Shown piece after piece: positions 24,601-37,208 of a DNA stretch of 64,000 nt. A model generated the notes under the pieces. It was given only the letters and a program-made list of their open reading frames with translations, did no database searches and was not told the DNA's origin. Source of the DNA: Trichodelitschia bisporula (taxonomy: Eukaryota); assembly GCA_010356995.1 (NCBI GenBank), contig ML996704.1:558001-622000 (forward strand), read 5' to 3'. The translations under genes were made by a program, and so were the position numbers. How positions within the stretch are numbered: the first letter of the stretch is position 1; every line of letters begins with the position of its first letter.

Positions 24601-26804
24601 GGCCTTGTGAGCATTGGAAGACAAATTTTCCGCAGGCAGGCTGGTCCTCGCTGGCGGCATGTACCACAGGCCGAGCTGGTGACGTGCGTGCGTCGTCTGT
24701 GCCTAATCCGCGTTCTGTGGACTGGCGCGGACGCGGCGACCGAGTAACAGCAGCACCAGCACTGGCCGTGGCGGGTGGACGTTGGCTTTTAAGCAAGCAG
24801 ATGCGGGGAGCTAGTTACAGGGTGCATGAGGCTGTTGGCAGGGGTCTTTGGTGGGGGGCAGTGAGAGGGAGCAATGATCATTTGAGCTGTCTGATGCAGC
24901 TCTCTTTTTTTTCTTTGCTTCTTCCTTCTCTTGCAGAGAGGCGTGACGAAAGAAGGCGCGTAGTGTGAAGGGAAGATCCCGGGACCGGGTTGGGGGCAGG
25001 CACGCGTTGACCGAAGCGGACGACTGGCGATGGGCTCACTCATGCAGGGCAACTTGGTGTGAGTTTGGCAGGACAGGGCCTCGGATGATAGTGGGGAGTG
25101 GGGACTCGGGTGCGGCTTTCGGAGTGGAGATGGGACGGGAGGTTAGGGGGATGGGAAGACGAGAGCGAGGGTTGAGTAGAGAGAGAGAGAATGCTTGCGA
25201 TGTTAAGGTGGGGTGTGGAGGTGGAGGCTTCCCTGATACGGTACGTAGTAGATTATGAGCATAACGATGTTAGCACGAGAATTGGCCAACGATGGATTGC
25301 CATTGTACGAGTAGTCGAGGACCGCAGAATTGCAAGCGCTCCTGCTTCCAAAACATCAATTGGAATAAGATAATGTCTTCCTTACCGACCAAAATGGCGG
25401 TACCAAGGTTGCTGGTTGGTCGAGATATGGTATGGGTAATCGAAATCGGCAATTGAGTCGAGAATGAGGGCGACCATCCGGTGGCTGACCCTTCTCATGC
25501 CTTCCCCACCTTTTGGAAAAGCTTGGGGGGGCTTTTTAGCTTTGGTTCTGGCTTTGAAATGGCCTTTGGGCGTTTGGGTCGAAGAGAAGCCATACACCGT
25601 AGTAGGACCCGAACTCTACTCCACTTCCGCCTCAGGAATCGAATGCGAAATTCCCCTCCCTCCCGCCCTTACCCCCATGCCACACCACACCCACCTTTCC
25701 ATGCTGCAATTGTTCGCTCCAAGCCCTTCTTAAGCCATCTGATCTCCCCTCCCACACCCTCTCCCTCCCTTTCTTCTTCCGCTTTCCTTCCACCCAGTCT
25801 CCTCGCAAAGCAAGCTTTGATCTCCGAGCCAGGCTGCCCGCATTCTCTTCGAACCACCAAAGGCATACCGGCATCACACGCACACCATCTCGCATCCCAA
25901 TCCATTCCGTAAAATCCGCTGTGTCCAGAGTCCGCACAAAACCGAAATCGCCGACTCTCACGGTACCTCCGCCGATTGTGAGTGTTCCCATTTCGCCTCT
26001 CCTCCTTGTCCTCTCTCTTCTCCCTCCATCCCGCGTCGTCATGGCTCCGGGGCCGAATCCCCTGCACAGCCGTTTTGGCTCGCCAATCCACGCATTGTCA
26101 TTCGCCAGAGCTCGTGCGCCTTATCAGTCCGAAAATCGGCATTGCGGTCGTGCGAACCATGGGCGAAATGCATTGTCGTCAGAATGATCGGTCGCGCCGC
26201 ATTTGTATCACGACCATGCTTGAAAGCGGACACAACACCGTCGTTATTCTCTGTTTGATCGCACCGTCCTCCTCTCCTTCTGCTCTCTTTCCTCCCCCTC
26301 CCCCAGTTCCCTTCCCCATTCCCCTTCCCCATTCCCCTCAAATTTGCGGACCCGCTTGGTTCACTCTTGCCCTCTCCTTAACCACGGCCCCGCACATATC
26401 ATCCAATGTCACCCGAGAAGAGATGGGCAGACCCACTGCCATCCCTGCTTCTTTCCCCCTCCTCCATATGCTGTGGCGCTTGGCCTCCCGCCGCCACAGC
26501 AGTCCAGAGGCTTTTCACGAACCGTGCACCAGTTTGCCCCTCCATCCACCCGGGCCTCTCCTCCCTCTCTACCCCTCTTCACAATTAAGCGCACCTCCTT
26601 CCTCGATACTTCACCTCCCATCTTTTCCCACACAGTGCCTCGATTCCCTTACGCTATTACTTCTACATTTTTACTGATACAACGGTGATCCTTCAGCCGG
26701 CAAACACATCATCTCGGTTGTCTCCGCGGCCTACCCCACTTGCACCTTCATCATCGACAAGCACTCCGTATCTCAAACGTGTTTCGGCCATTTGCGCCGA
26801 TAGA

Positions 26805-29800
26805 ATGGGGAAAGTGTCCTTTGTCGAAAATACCACACGCGAGCAGGATCTCATCGACAATGGCGAGGAGGAGTCCGTGAATGTTTTCCCCTACCAGGAC
26901 ACACCTGAGAACAAGTCATGGGCTGGTGCACTGCCGTTGAAGCAGGGTCTGTACGATCCAGAGCTTGAAAAGGATGCCTGCGGCGTGGGCTTTGCCGCGT
27001 AAGTTTTGCCATATGCGGTCCAGAGCGGTAACTGACGGCCACAGCCATATCAAGGGCAAAGCGAGCCACAAGATCGTCAGCGATGGTCAGTATCATGTTA
27101 TATAGAAAAATCCCCCGAGAATGCGGCTAACCCCGTCACAGCTCGTTCGCTTCTCTGCAACATGACGCATCGAGGAGCCGTCGGTTCTGACGCCCGGGAT
27201 GGCGATGGCGCTGGTGTCATGACATCGATCCCGCATAAATTCTTCGTCAAGAACTTTGAGCGGGAGCAGGGGATCAAGCTTCCTGAACTGGGCAAATACG
27301 CTGTCGGAAATCTATTCGTGAAGCCTGATGAGGCTGTGCGAAAATCCACGATCGCGACCTTTGAAGAAGTCGCTGATCCTCTTGGGCTGCGTGTGTTGGG
27401 GTGGCGCGAAGTACCTCGCGATTCTGCTCTGCTCGGACCTGCTGCGAAGTCCAGGGAACCCATCATCCTCCAACCGTTCGTCGTGCTGAAATCAGCTTAT
27501 GGCGAAGGCCAGGAGCCCAAGCCCACCTTCGATGAAGAGTATGACAACGCATACTTTGAACGCCAGCTCTTCGTGCTGCGCAAGCGGGCTACCCATGTGA
27601 TCGGCCTCCACAATTGGTTCTACCTTTGTTCCCTGAGCAACCGGAACATCGTCTACAAGGGTCAGCTTTCGCCAGTGCAGGTTTACGAGTATTACCATGA
27701 TCTCGTGAATGTGGATTACGAAGCGCACTTTGCACTTGTGCATTCGCGCTTCTCGACCAACACCTTCCCGAGCTGGGATCGTGCACAGCCGCTGCGCTGG
27801 GCCGCCCACAACGGTGAAATCAACACGCTTCGGGGAAACAAGAACTGGATGCGCGCCCGCGAGGGGGTCATGCAGTCGGCCCTATTCGGTGAAGACCTCG
27901 ATTCCTTGTATCCCATCATTGAAGATGGCGGTTCCGACTCCGCTGCCTTCGACAATGTCCTCGAACTTCTTGTCATCAACGGTGTCTTGTCACTTCCCGA
28001 AGCTGTGATGCTCATGGTTCCAGAGGCATGGCAAGGCAACAGGTCCATGGATCCCGCGAAGCAAGCCTTCTACGAGTGGGCTGCGTGCATGATGGAGCCC
28101 TGGGACGGACCGGCTCTCTTCACCTTCTCCGATGGTCGCTACTGTGGTGCCAATCTTGACCGTAATGGCCTTCGTCCTTGCCGTTACTACGTCACGGATG
28201 ACGACCGTATCGTGTGCGCCTCGGAAGTCGGTACAATCTGGATTGAGCCCGAGAGCATTGTGCAAAAGGGCCGTTTGCAGCCTGGCCGCATGCTTTTGGT
28301 CGATACCGTTGCCGGCCGCATCGTGGACGATAGCGAGCTCAAAGAGACCATCGCGAAACGCCATGACTTTAAGGCTTGGGTCGAGAAGCATTTGATCACG
28401 ATGCCGAGCGTGTATTCGCAGCTCACCGAGAAAGGTGAGCCTCTCGCCCACGAGTTGGATGCCTCGCGTCTCCAGGAGGATCCACGGCTCCGGGCCTTCC
28501 AATACTCGCTCGAGCAGGTCAGCCTGTTGCTTGGGCCTATGGCTGCCGACTCCAAGGAGGCTCTCGGGTCTATGGGCAACGACGCTCCGCTTGCTTGTCT
28601 GGCTCAGCAGCCCCGCCTTCTCTACGAGTATTTCCGCCAGCTTTTCGCCCAGGTCACGAACCCGCCCATCGATCCTATCCGTGAGGCCGTCGTTATGTCA
28701 CTCGAGTCTTATGTTGGTCCCCAGGGCAATCTTCTTGAGATGGACGAGTCACAGTGCCACCGTTTGCTTCTGCCATCGCCGATCCTTTCGATTGAAGAGT
28801 TCAACGCCCTCTCCAACATCCACAAGGTTTACCCGAACTGGACAGTCAAGGTCATTGACATCACCTATCTCAAAGCTGAGGGTGTTCAAGGCTTCCTCGA
28901 TGGGCTTGATCGCATTTGTGCCGCTGCCAGCGAAGGCATTGAAGGTGGATACAGTATCCTTGTCTTGTCCGACCGCGCGACTTCGAAGGATCGCGTGCCC
29001 ATCTCGGCTCTGCTGGCCACCGGCATGGTCCACCACCACCTTGTGCGCAACCGGTGGCGTGCAAAGGCGGCGATTGTCGTCGAAACTGGCGAAGCCCGCG
29101 AAGTGCATCACATGTGCGTCCTCGTCGGCTACGGTGCCGATGCCATTTGCCCGTACCTTGCCATAGAGTGCATCCTAAAGATGCAGCGCGAAGGTCTCAT
29201 TCGCAAGAAGCTCACCCCTGAGCAACTCATCGAAAACTACAAATACTCGTGCGATGGTGGCTTGCTCAAAGTTATGAGCAAGATGGGTATCTCTACGCTT
29301 TCTAGCTACAAGGGTGCTCAAATCTTCGAGGCTCTCGGCATTGACGACTCCGTTGTTGACCGCTGCTTCACTGGGACTGCCACACGTATCAAGGGTATGA
29401 CCTTTGAGCTCATTGCTCAGGATGCCATTGCTATGCACGAGAAGGGCTACCCCACGAACCCGATTGTCGAGGTACCCGGCCTTGCTGAGACTGGAGAGTA
29501 CCACTGGCGTGATGGTGGCGAGGCCCATGTCAACGACCCCGTTAGCATCGCCAACATTCAGGATGCTGTTCGGACGAAAAACGACAAATCATACGAAGCT
29601 TATTCCAAGTCCGAGTATGAGCAAATCAAGAACTGCACCCTCCGGGGTCTTCTCGATTTTGACTACGAGCAGCGCACGCCAGTTCCGGTCGATCAGGTTG
29701 AGCCCTGGACGGAAATTGTTCGTCGCTTTGTCACCGGTGCCATGTCTTACGGCTCCATTTCCATGGAGTCCCACTCAACGCTAGCCATCGCCATGAACAG

Positions 29801-32800
29801 GCTCGGTGGCAAGTCCAACACTGGTGAAGGTGGTGAGGATCCCGAGCGCAGCCGTTTGCTTGAGGGCGGTGATACCATGCGTTCCGCCATCAAGCAAGTG
29901 GCCTCAGGACGTTTTGGTGTGACCTCCAATTACTTGGCCGACTCCGATGAGCTGCAAATCAAGATGGCCCAGGGTGCTAAGCCTGGTGAAGGTGGTGAAC
30001 TGCCTGGCCACAAGGTTTCCGGTCCCATCGCGAAAACTCGGCACTCGACGCCTGGCGTTGGTCTCATTTCCCCGCCGCCGCATCACGACATTTACAGCAT
30101 TGAGGATCTTAAACAGCTGATTTATGACCTCAAGTGCTCGAACCCGCGCGCTCGCGTATCGGTTAAGCTGGTCTCGGAGACCGGCGTTGGTATCGTCGCC
30201 TCTGGTGTGGCTAAGGCAAAGGCTGACCACATTCTCATCTCCGGCCACGATGGTGGCACAGGTGCATCGCGCTGGACTGGTATCAAGTATGCCGGCCTGC
30301 CTTGGGAGCTGGGTCTTGCGGAGACTCACCAGACCTTGGTCCTCAATGACCTGCGTGGGCGTGTCATTGTTCAGACTGATGGTCAACTGCGTACTGGTCG
30401 TGATGTGGCGATTGCCTGTTTACTTGGTGCTGAGGAGTGGGGTTTCGCTACAACGCCTCTCATCGCCATGGGCTGCATCATGATGCGCAAGGTACGTCCA
30501 TGTGCTTCCTTTATCTCACTTGCTAATAAACTTTCAGTGTCACTTGAATACATGCCCTGTCGGAATCGCGACCCAGGACGTTGAGTTGCGAAAGAAATTT
30601 AAGGGGACTCCGGAGCACGTCATAAACTTCTTTTACTACATTGCCAATGAGCTCCGGGCTATCATGGCGCGTCTGGGTTTCCGCACTATCAACGAGATGG
30701 TTGGCCGCTCGGAGGTCCTGCGTGTACGGGACGATCTTCGCAACTCTAAGACGCAGAACATTGACCTCGGATTGATCCTTACTCCGGCTCACACCCTCCG
30801 TCCGGGAGTAGCTACCTACAATGTTCGCAAGCAGGACCACCGCCTGCATGTGCGCCTGGACAACAAGCTGATCGCCGAATCGGAGCTTGCGCTTGAGAAG
30901 GGCCTGCCTACGCGGATTGAGTGTGATATCGTAAACACCGACCGCGCGCTTGGTGCAACGCTGTCGTATCACATTTCGAAGCGCTATGGCGAGACTGGTC
31001 TTCCGACGGATACCATCCACGCCAACATCAAGGGCTCCGCTGGTCAGTCATTTGGCGCCTTCCTCGCCCCTGGTGTTACTCTTGAACTGGAGGGCGATGC
31101 CAATGATTATGTTGGCAAGGGTCTGTCTGGTGGCCGCCTCATCATCTATCCTCCGCGCACAGCTGTTTTCAAGGCAGAGGAGAACATCCTTGTGGGCAAC
31201 GTGTGCTTGTACGGTGCCACGAGCGGTACGGCCTACTTCCGCGGTGTTGCCGCCGAGCGCTTCGCTGTCCGCAACTCTGGTGCCACTGCCGTCGTCGAAG
31301 GTGTTGGTGATCATGGCTGCGAGTACATGACTGGTGGTCGTGTGGTTGTGCTTGGCTCTACTGGCCGCAACTTTGCTGCTGGTATGTCTGGTGGTATTGC
31401 CTATGTCCTTGACATGCACCAAGACTTCGAAACCAAGGTGAACCAGGAGATGGTTGAGCTCTCACAGATCACCGATCACACGGAGATGGCGTACCTTCGC
31501 GGTTTGATCGAGGATCATCACCACTTCACTGGCTCCGAGCTGGCAGCCCGCATTCTGCTCGATTATACCCGTGCAATTGAGCGCTTTGTCAAGGTCCTTC
31601 CTACCGACTACAAGCGTGTCATGGAAGAAGAAGCGAAGAAGGCCGCTGAGCTAAAAAAGAACGAGTATCCGCTCCCCATTCTCCCCGGAAACGCCGTCCG
31701 TGAACTGCACGAGAACACGCAAAAGAAGGAAAACGACGCAGCTGCCAAGGAAGAGAAAAAGAGCACCATCCTGGACATTGAGGAGAGCATCGGTGATGCT
31801 GCTGCTGAGAAGAAGCGGTCGGCTCTTGTGCTCGACAAGACTCGCGGTTTCATGAAGTACCAGCGCCGCTCAGAGAAGTACCGCAACCCGAAGACGCGTA
31901 CTCGAGACTGGCAGGAGCTGTCCCAGCGCCTAAACGAAGACGAACTGAAGTACCAGACGGCCCGTTGCATGGACTGCGGCGTTCCCTTTTGCCAGTCCGA
32001 CAGTGGCTGCCCGATTAGCAACATCATTCCCAAGTGGAATGAGCTTGTCTTCCAGAACCAGTGGCAGGATGCTCTCAACCGCCTTCTCATGACCAACAAC
32101 TTCCCTGAGTTCACTGGTCGTGTCTGCCCTGCTCCTTGCGAGGGTGCCTGCGTGCTCGGCATCAACGAGGACCCTGTCGGCATCAAGTCGATTGAGTGCG
32201 CCATCATCGACCGCGGTTTCGAGATGGGTTGGCTGGTGCCTCGTCCGCCGGAGAAGCGCAGTGGCAAGACAGTCGCCGTCATTGGCTCTGGCCCTGCTGG
32301 TCTTGCAACTGCCGACCAGCTCAACAAGGCCGGGCACAGCGTTACGGTCTATGAACGTTCCGACCGTATCGGTGGTCTTCTCATGTATGGCATTCCCAAC
32401 ATGAAGCTGGACAAGAATGTCGTTCAGCGCCGTGTTGACCTCATGGCCGCGGAAGGCATCAAGTTCCTTCCGGGCGTTACGGTTGGCGAGGGAGACGTTA
32501 CTCTTGACTCGCTGCGCGCCGAAGCCGACGCGGTAGTCATTGCCACCGGCGCCACAGTTGCGCGTGATCTGCCGATTCCGAACCGGAACCTCAATGGCAT
32601 CCACTTCGCCATGGAGTTCCTGCACAAGAACACCAAGTCGCTCCTTGACTCCGAACTCTCTGACGGTTCCTACATCAGCGCCAAGGGCAAGAACGTTGTT
32701 GTCATTGGCGGTGGTGATACCGGAAACGACTGCATCGGCACGTCCGTCCGCCACGGAGCGAAGTCGGTTATCAATTTCGAGCTCCTCCCGCAGCCGCCGC

Positions 32801-33381
32801 AGGAACGTGCCCGTGATAACCCCTGGCCCCAGTGGCCGCGCATCTACCGCGTCGATTACGGCCACGCGGAGGTCAAGACACACATGGGCAAGGATCCACG
32901 CGAATTCTGCATCATGAGTAAGGAGTTCGTTGATGATGGCAACGGCAATGTCAAGGGCATCAACACGATCCGTGTCGAGTGGACCAAGAACGTGAACGGC
33001 GGTTGGGACATGAGGCAGCTCGAGGGCACCGAGGAATTCTTCCCCGCCGAACTGGTTCTGCTCTCCATGGGCTTCTTGGGTCCTGAGGGCCGTGTGCTCG
33101 GTGACTCAATCGAGAAGGATGCTCGCAAGAACGTCAAGACTCCTCAGGGTCACTACAACACCAATGTCCCCGGTGTCTTTGCCGCAGGTGATTGCCGTCG
33201 CGGCCAGTCACTGATCGTGTGGGGCATCAACGAGGGCCGCATGGCGGCGCGTGATGTCGACTCTTACCTGACGGGTAAGGGCTCGCATTTGCCTGTCGCC
33301 GGTGGTATCGTCAAGCGCCCGCCATACGAGCTTCTCGGGAAGCCCGGGGTTCCGAAGGAGTTGATCACGGCGGCGGCTTAA
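26805..33381 (+). CDS. GLT1: NADH-dependent glutamate synthase (GOGAT, fused alpha+beta), three introns
   Basis: Propeptide followed by 'KDA|CGVGF' (Ntn Cys), '[12 protein letters not shown]', '[12 protein letters not shown]', '[12 protein letters not shown]', and beta-chain '[10 protein letters not shown]' and '[11 protein letters not shown]'. Confidence 0.98.
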
Positions 33382-34063
33382 GTGCAGGATGAGGAGAGAC
33401 GGTTGGGGGTTTCGGCCCCATGATATATGATGACTGTACGATTCAGCATTCGGAGGGGTAATTTATATAGGTGACACTGCGCATATCCACGGAGAGCAAT
33501 GGTTTTATGACATTCAGCTGGATTTTGCGGCTATCTGCATATGGGGCCTTTGTTTTATACCGCGTCGGGTCTTACTCATCACAACTCCAAGTTAGTGCTC
33601 TTTTCAGTTGCTTTTTGCTTGTGTGTGATGTGCTTTTGTTGCACTCAAAATTGCATATACTTGTCTTTTTCGGCGTCTATGGCGGACGGAGGCTGTGGGG
33701 CTTTGCGAGGTATGTGCGGGGGGGGATATCACCATTGCCTGCGCTTGCTTGTTCACGTTTTGCACATTTCCGCTGTTCGCTTCGCATGGAGCTTAGAGGC
33801 GGGGGATATGTGCCGCGAGGTGGTCATTTAGGCTGGTAGCTTTGGAATAAAGAGGCGTTTCGCAAAAGTCACTTATGCACGGTGAGACAGGGGACTGCAT
33901 TGAATTTCTTCGAATATTGGGACGCCATCCGTCAGATCATAGTCATGGAGGCCACCGGCACCCACTAACTATGAAGAAGGTATGAGGCCAATGCCCCAGC
34001 CACCTATATAATGAAGATATAGCGAGCCAGGGCGCCCCATCCGAAGAAGATAACAGCCGACGC

Positions 34064-34312
34064 CTACCAAGTGTCATCACAGGCGACACTCTCATCGCTG
34101 GGATAGTCCTCGTCGCCATCCCAGCTTCCGTCACTCCAGTAGTCGTCGCGAGGCCCGCGCCAGAACCAGCCCCAGAAGGCAAACCAACCCATGCAGGAGA
34201 GAGCCCGTTCCCAAAGACTGGGCCCAAAGTCCGTAAGCTCCGGGAACGACTCGTCCCACTGGAGATAACTCCGGTGGGCGCGGGCAAAAGCTATACGAGA
34301 AGTCAGTACCAT
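34064..34312 (-). CDS. Possible 82-aa Trp/Asp-rich orphan
   Basis: True ATG with A at -3; 9 Trp and an acidic tail. No recognisable family. Confidence 0.3.
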   Translation of the reverse strand: MVLTSRIAFARAHRSYLQWDESFPELTDFGPSLWERALSCMGWFAFWGWFWRGPRDDYWSDGSWDGDEDYPSDESVACDDTW

Positions 34313-34496
34313 TTCGTCAAATTAGAAGATTTTAAAAAGGCATACGAGAGATTTCTAACACCATATAGCTTGAAACAGCTTTATAGTTCTGGTCGAGATA
34401 TACGAGACAAACAACAACACCACCTATATGCGTTTCCTGAGCCGGGGAATGCCCTAACGCCGTGCACCGCTGAACGCCTTGAACGCCGCAAGCCAA

Positions 34497-35759
34497 CTAG
34501 CTGGAGGTGCCATGCGAGCGTTGCGCCTGGTAGCGGGCACTGCGTCGACGCTGCGCCTCGCGCTCCTGTTGGAATTGTTCGGCGGCGGGACGGGCACGGC
34601 GCATGACAGGAGAACTAGCCACGAAGCTCGAGTCGCCAGCACCGAATTCGAGATCGAACTCGGTGCCAACGCTCTCGCGCGTGACACCCTCGAGACCAAG
34701 TGGCAGAGGAGGCTGGTGCGTGGCGCCAGGACGCAGGACGGAGTTGGTGCTCGCAAAGGATATGTTGTGGGTGAAGGGGTTGGGAGCTTCGACACCGGGT
34801 TCTTCCTCCGAATCTGTGAAGTCCTCGGCTTCGGTGTCTGTGTGCTCGTAGCTGCCCGCAGAGGGAATGTCATCGTCGAGATTGTGACCGAAATCACCGT
34901 CTGGATCGGCTTGCTCGAGGTCAAGCTCCTGATGCTCTTGCAGGGCTGAGGCAAGCTCAGAGGGTACGAAATGGACTGCGCCAGACTCGGAGGCGCCGAG
35001 GAGAGCGTTGGCGGAGATGGAGAGGAGGCTGCCTTCCATGAAGCTGGAAGCATTGAATGTAGGATCAGCGCCGTTGATGCTAATTTCGTTCTCCTCATTC
35101 TCTTCGTATTCCCCCTCCTCTTCTTCTTCTTCCTCCTCCTCTCCGTCTTCTTCGCTCTCCTCGGTCATCTCCTCGTCTGAGTCCTCTTCTTCTTCTTCAT
35201 TCTCACCCTCTTCCTCGGTTTCGGCATCTGGAATCTGAGCATCGAGATCCCAGTCTTCACCGTCTTCCATGACATCCACAGCGCCGTCTTCGCCTTCAGC
35301 AGCCTCTTGAAGTTCAAGCAGCTCGCGCTCGCGGCGTTCGGCTTCCTCGCGCTCATGGGTTTCAGCATCGTCGTCGCGGATCTGCTGTAGAGTCCTGGTG
35401 ATAGCCGGAGGGCGGATCCAGTGGGACCCAAAGTTGCGGACGCTCGACTTGCGCTGATCGATCGTCTCTTCATCACGACGAAGCTGACCATGAGTGTCGC
35501 GTTGGGCGAGAGGGATGTAAGGATGATGATGCTCGTTCTCCGCACCGGGATTGCGGGATTGCTGTGCCGGAGCCGCGCTCAGGCGTCGGTTCTGACCTTG
35601 CGGAGGGTTTGGCAGGGGATTGGTGCCATTCTCCGTAGCGGTGGCGCGTGTGGTGGTAGGAGGATTGATCCACATATCCTGGGGATGGTTAGCAGATAGA
35701 TGAGCGCGGGGATGTGGAATACATACATCCCGGGGGATGGTGTTTGGAAAGGTAAACAT
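34497..35759 (-). CDS. APC/C subunit Apc15/Mnd2-like
   Basis: MFTFP start with an early intron, Apc15p-like 'IDQRKSSVRNFGSHWIRPPAITRTLQQ', and a long acidic region with 'DLDAQIPDA' and 'NLDDDIPSAGSYEHTDTE'. Confidence 0.82.
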   Translation of the reverse strand: MFTFPNTIPRDVCIPHPRAHLSANHPQDMWINPPTTTRATATENGTNPLPNPPQGQNRRLSAAPAQQSRNPGAENEHHHPYIPLAQRDTHGQLRRDEETIDQRKSSVRNFGSHWIRPPAITRTLQQIRDDDAETHEREEAERRERELLELQEAAEGEDGAVDVMEDGEDWDLDAQIPDAETEEEGENEEEEEDSDEEMTEESEEDGEEEEEEEEEGEYEENEENEISINGADPTFNASSFMEGSLLSISANALLGASESGAVHFVPSELASALQEHQELDLEQADPDGDFGHNLDDDIPSAGSYEHTDTEAEDFTDSEEEPGVEAPNPFTHNISFASTNSVLRPGATHQPPLPLGLEGVTRESVGTEFDLEFGAGDSSFVASSPVMRRARPAAEQFQQEREAQRRRSARYQAQRSHGTSS

Positions 35760-36992
35760 CTCCGCGGTTATGCTCGCGCGGGAGCGATGAGTCGAAGTTG
35801 GTGTGCCAGATGACACTGCGGGGTTGGAGGATGTGGGGTGGGGTTGAGGATGTTTTGGTGTTTGGAGTTGGAGTGTTTAGAGCAAGGCGCGAGGCTTACA
35901 AGCACAGGCCACTTGGTCATCGCCAAGGTCACAAACATCCAGGGTCATAAACATGTGATTTTCAGCACCACTGAGTCATGTGATAAGGCGTCGTTATCGA
36001 TAAGATTGGGGTTGGTGTGTGTGGGGCGCCTGGGCAGCTGAAGGAATGCAATTCTGAGTGCAGCAAACATATCCTGTCTGCTCCGTATTCTGTGCTCATC
36101 GTAATTTGCTGAGCTTACCGCAATACGCCTATCTCTGCATACGAGGTACTCACCTTCAGCTAAATGTTAGGATTCTTGTACCACCGGGGAAGCAATTGTT
36201 GTAGCACCGCATCACCAGACACCCAATTGTACAAAAAGTGCACATCGACGTGCATCATGCAAATCAGCGGCTTGATGATGAAATGCTCTGTTGACAATTG
36301 CCTGCCCCGCATTGGCTACGGTAGGCTAGGGCGCAAGTTGGCGTCGTTACTTGAAGCCATTCAGCCACTCATATCGAAGCAATACACCCCGTGCGGCTGA
36401 GTCGAAAGGCTGGTTCCTCTCTCGCCGCCTCTGACCTACCGGCCTAACGCCTGGGGAGGGGAATCGGAACTTTCAAGGACCTGTTCCTTCGACTATGCGC
36501 GCGCACGATGGCAGAGCATTGGTGACTGAATCGACCTAGTTCCCTCTGGATGAACCCAGGACCCATGGCATGATAACACCGGTTGCTAGGCTTGTATCCC
36601 CCCCACAACCTATATAGTTGGCCCGTCATCTGTTCATTGCCGCCGGTGTCCGAACGGCAGCCCCCTTCTCTTTTATCACCCCTCCAAGTGCCATCAAGCC
36701 CCAATCTGACAATAACATCTGCACCCCTTTCCTCTTCTCACCCCGCACCTCCAGGTACGAACGCCTCGGTAGCGCCATAAGCCCAAATCGCCCAACATCA
36801 CCCCCCTGCCTCTGCAGTTAGTGGCCATCTCGCACTAAACACGCGGTCCAGACCTCGACAGCCAGTTCTCTCAATCCCGTGGCGCTAAACATTCACATAC
36901 ATATATTCTCCCCCTTCCTTATAAACACCGGAGATCACCACACCTTCTCTCCCATTTCTCCCCTTCCAAATCCATTCATTTCAACCGCAGCC

Positions 36993-37208
36993 ATGATCCT
37001 CCCCACCTCCGCCCTGCTCTTCGCCGCCGTCGCCCTTGCCCTCCCTCACCTGCACCCCAACGTTCCCCAGGAACACAACCCGAAGCTCCCCTCCGCCGCC
37101 ACACCCACCCCGCTGCACACGACCGCGCTTATGGCCGGTGCTGCCATCTCACAAGCGCAAGCAACCGCGGTGCCGCTCTACTTCCCCCACGTCAACATCG
37201 ACCTCTGA
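36993..37208 (+). CDS. Small secreted protein candidate (71 aa, no Cys)
   Basis: TATAAA at 36920, CT-rich leader, GCCATG context, signal peptide MILPTSALLFAAVALA|LP, C-ending codon bias. Confidence 0.65.
   Translation: MILPTSALLFAAVALALPHLHPNVPQEHNPKLPSAATPTPLHTTALMAGAAISQAQATAVPLYFPHVNIDL

Noticed and set aside
27492..33137. Long antisense and alternate-frame ORFs inside GLT1 (for example 31930-32883)
   Set aside because: Expected shadow ORFs from strong C-ending codon bias.
33406..33419. GGGGT-TTCG-GCCCC hairpin just after the GLT1 stop
   Set aside because: A 5-bp stem is plausible by chance, and intrinsic terminators do not apply to Pol II genes.
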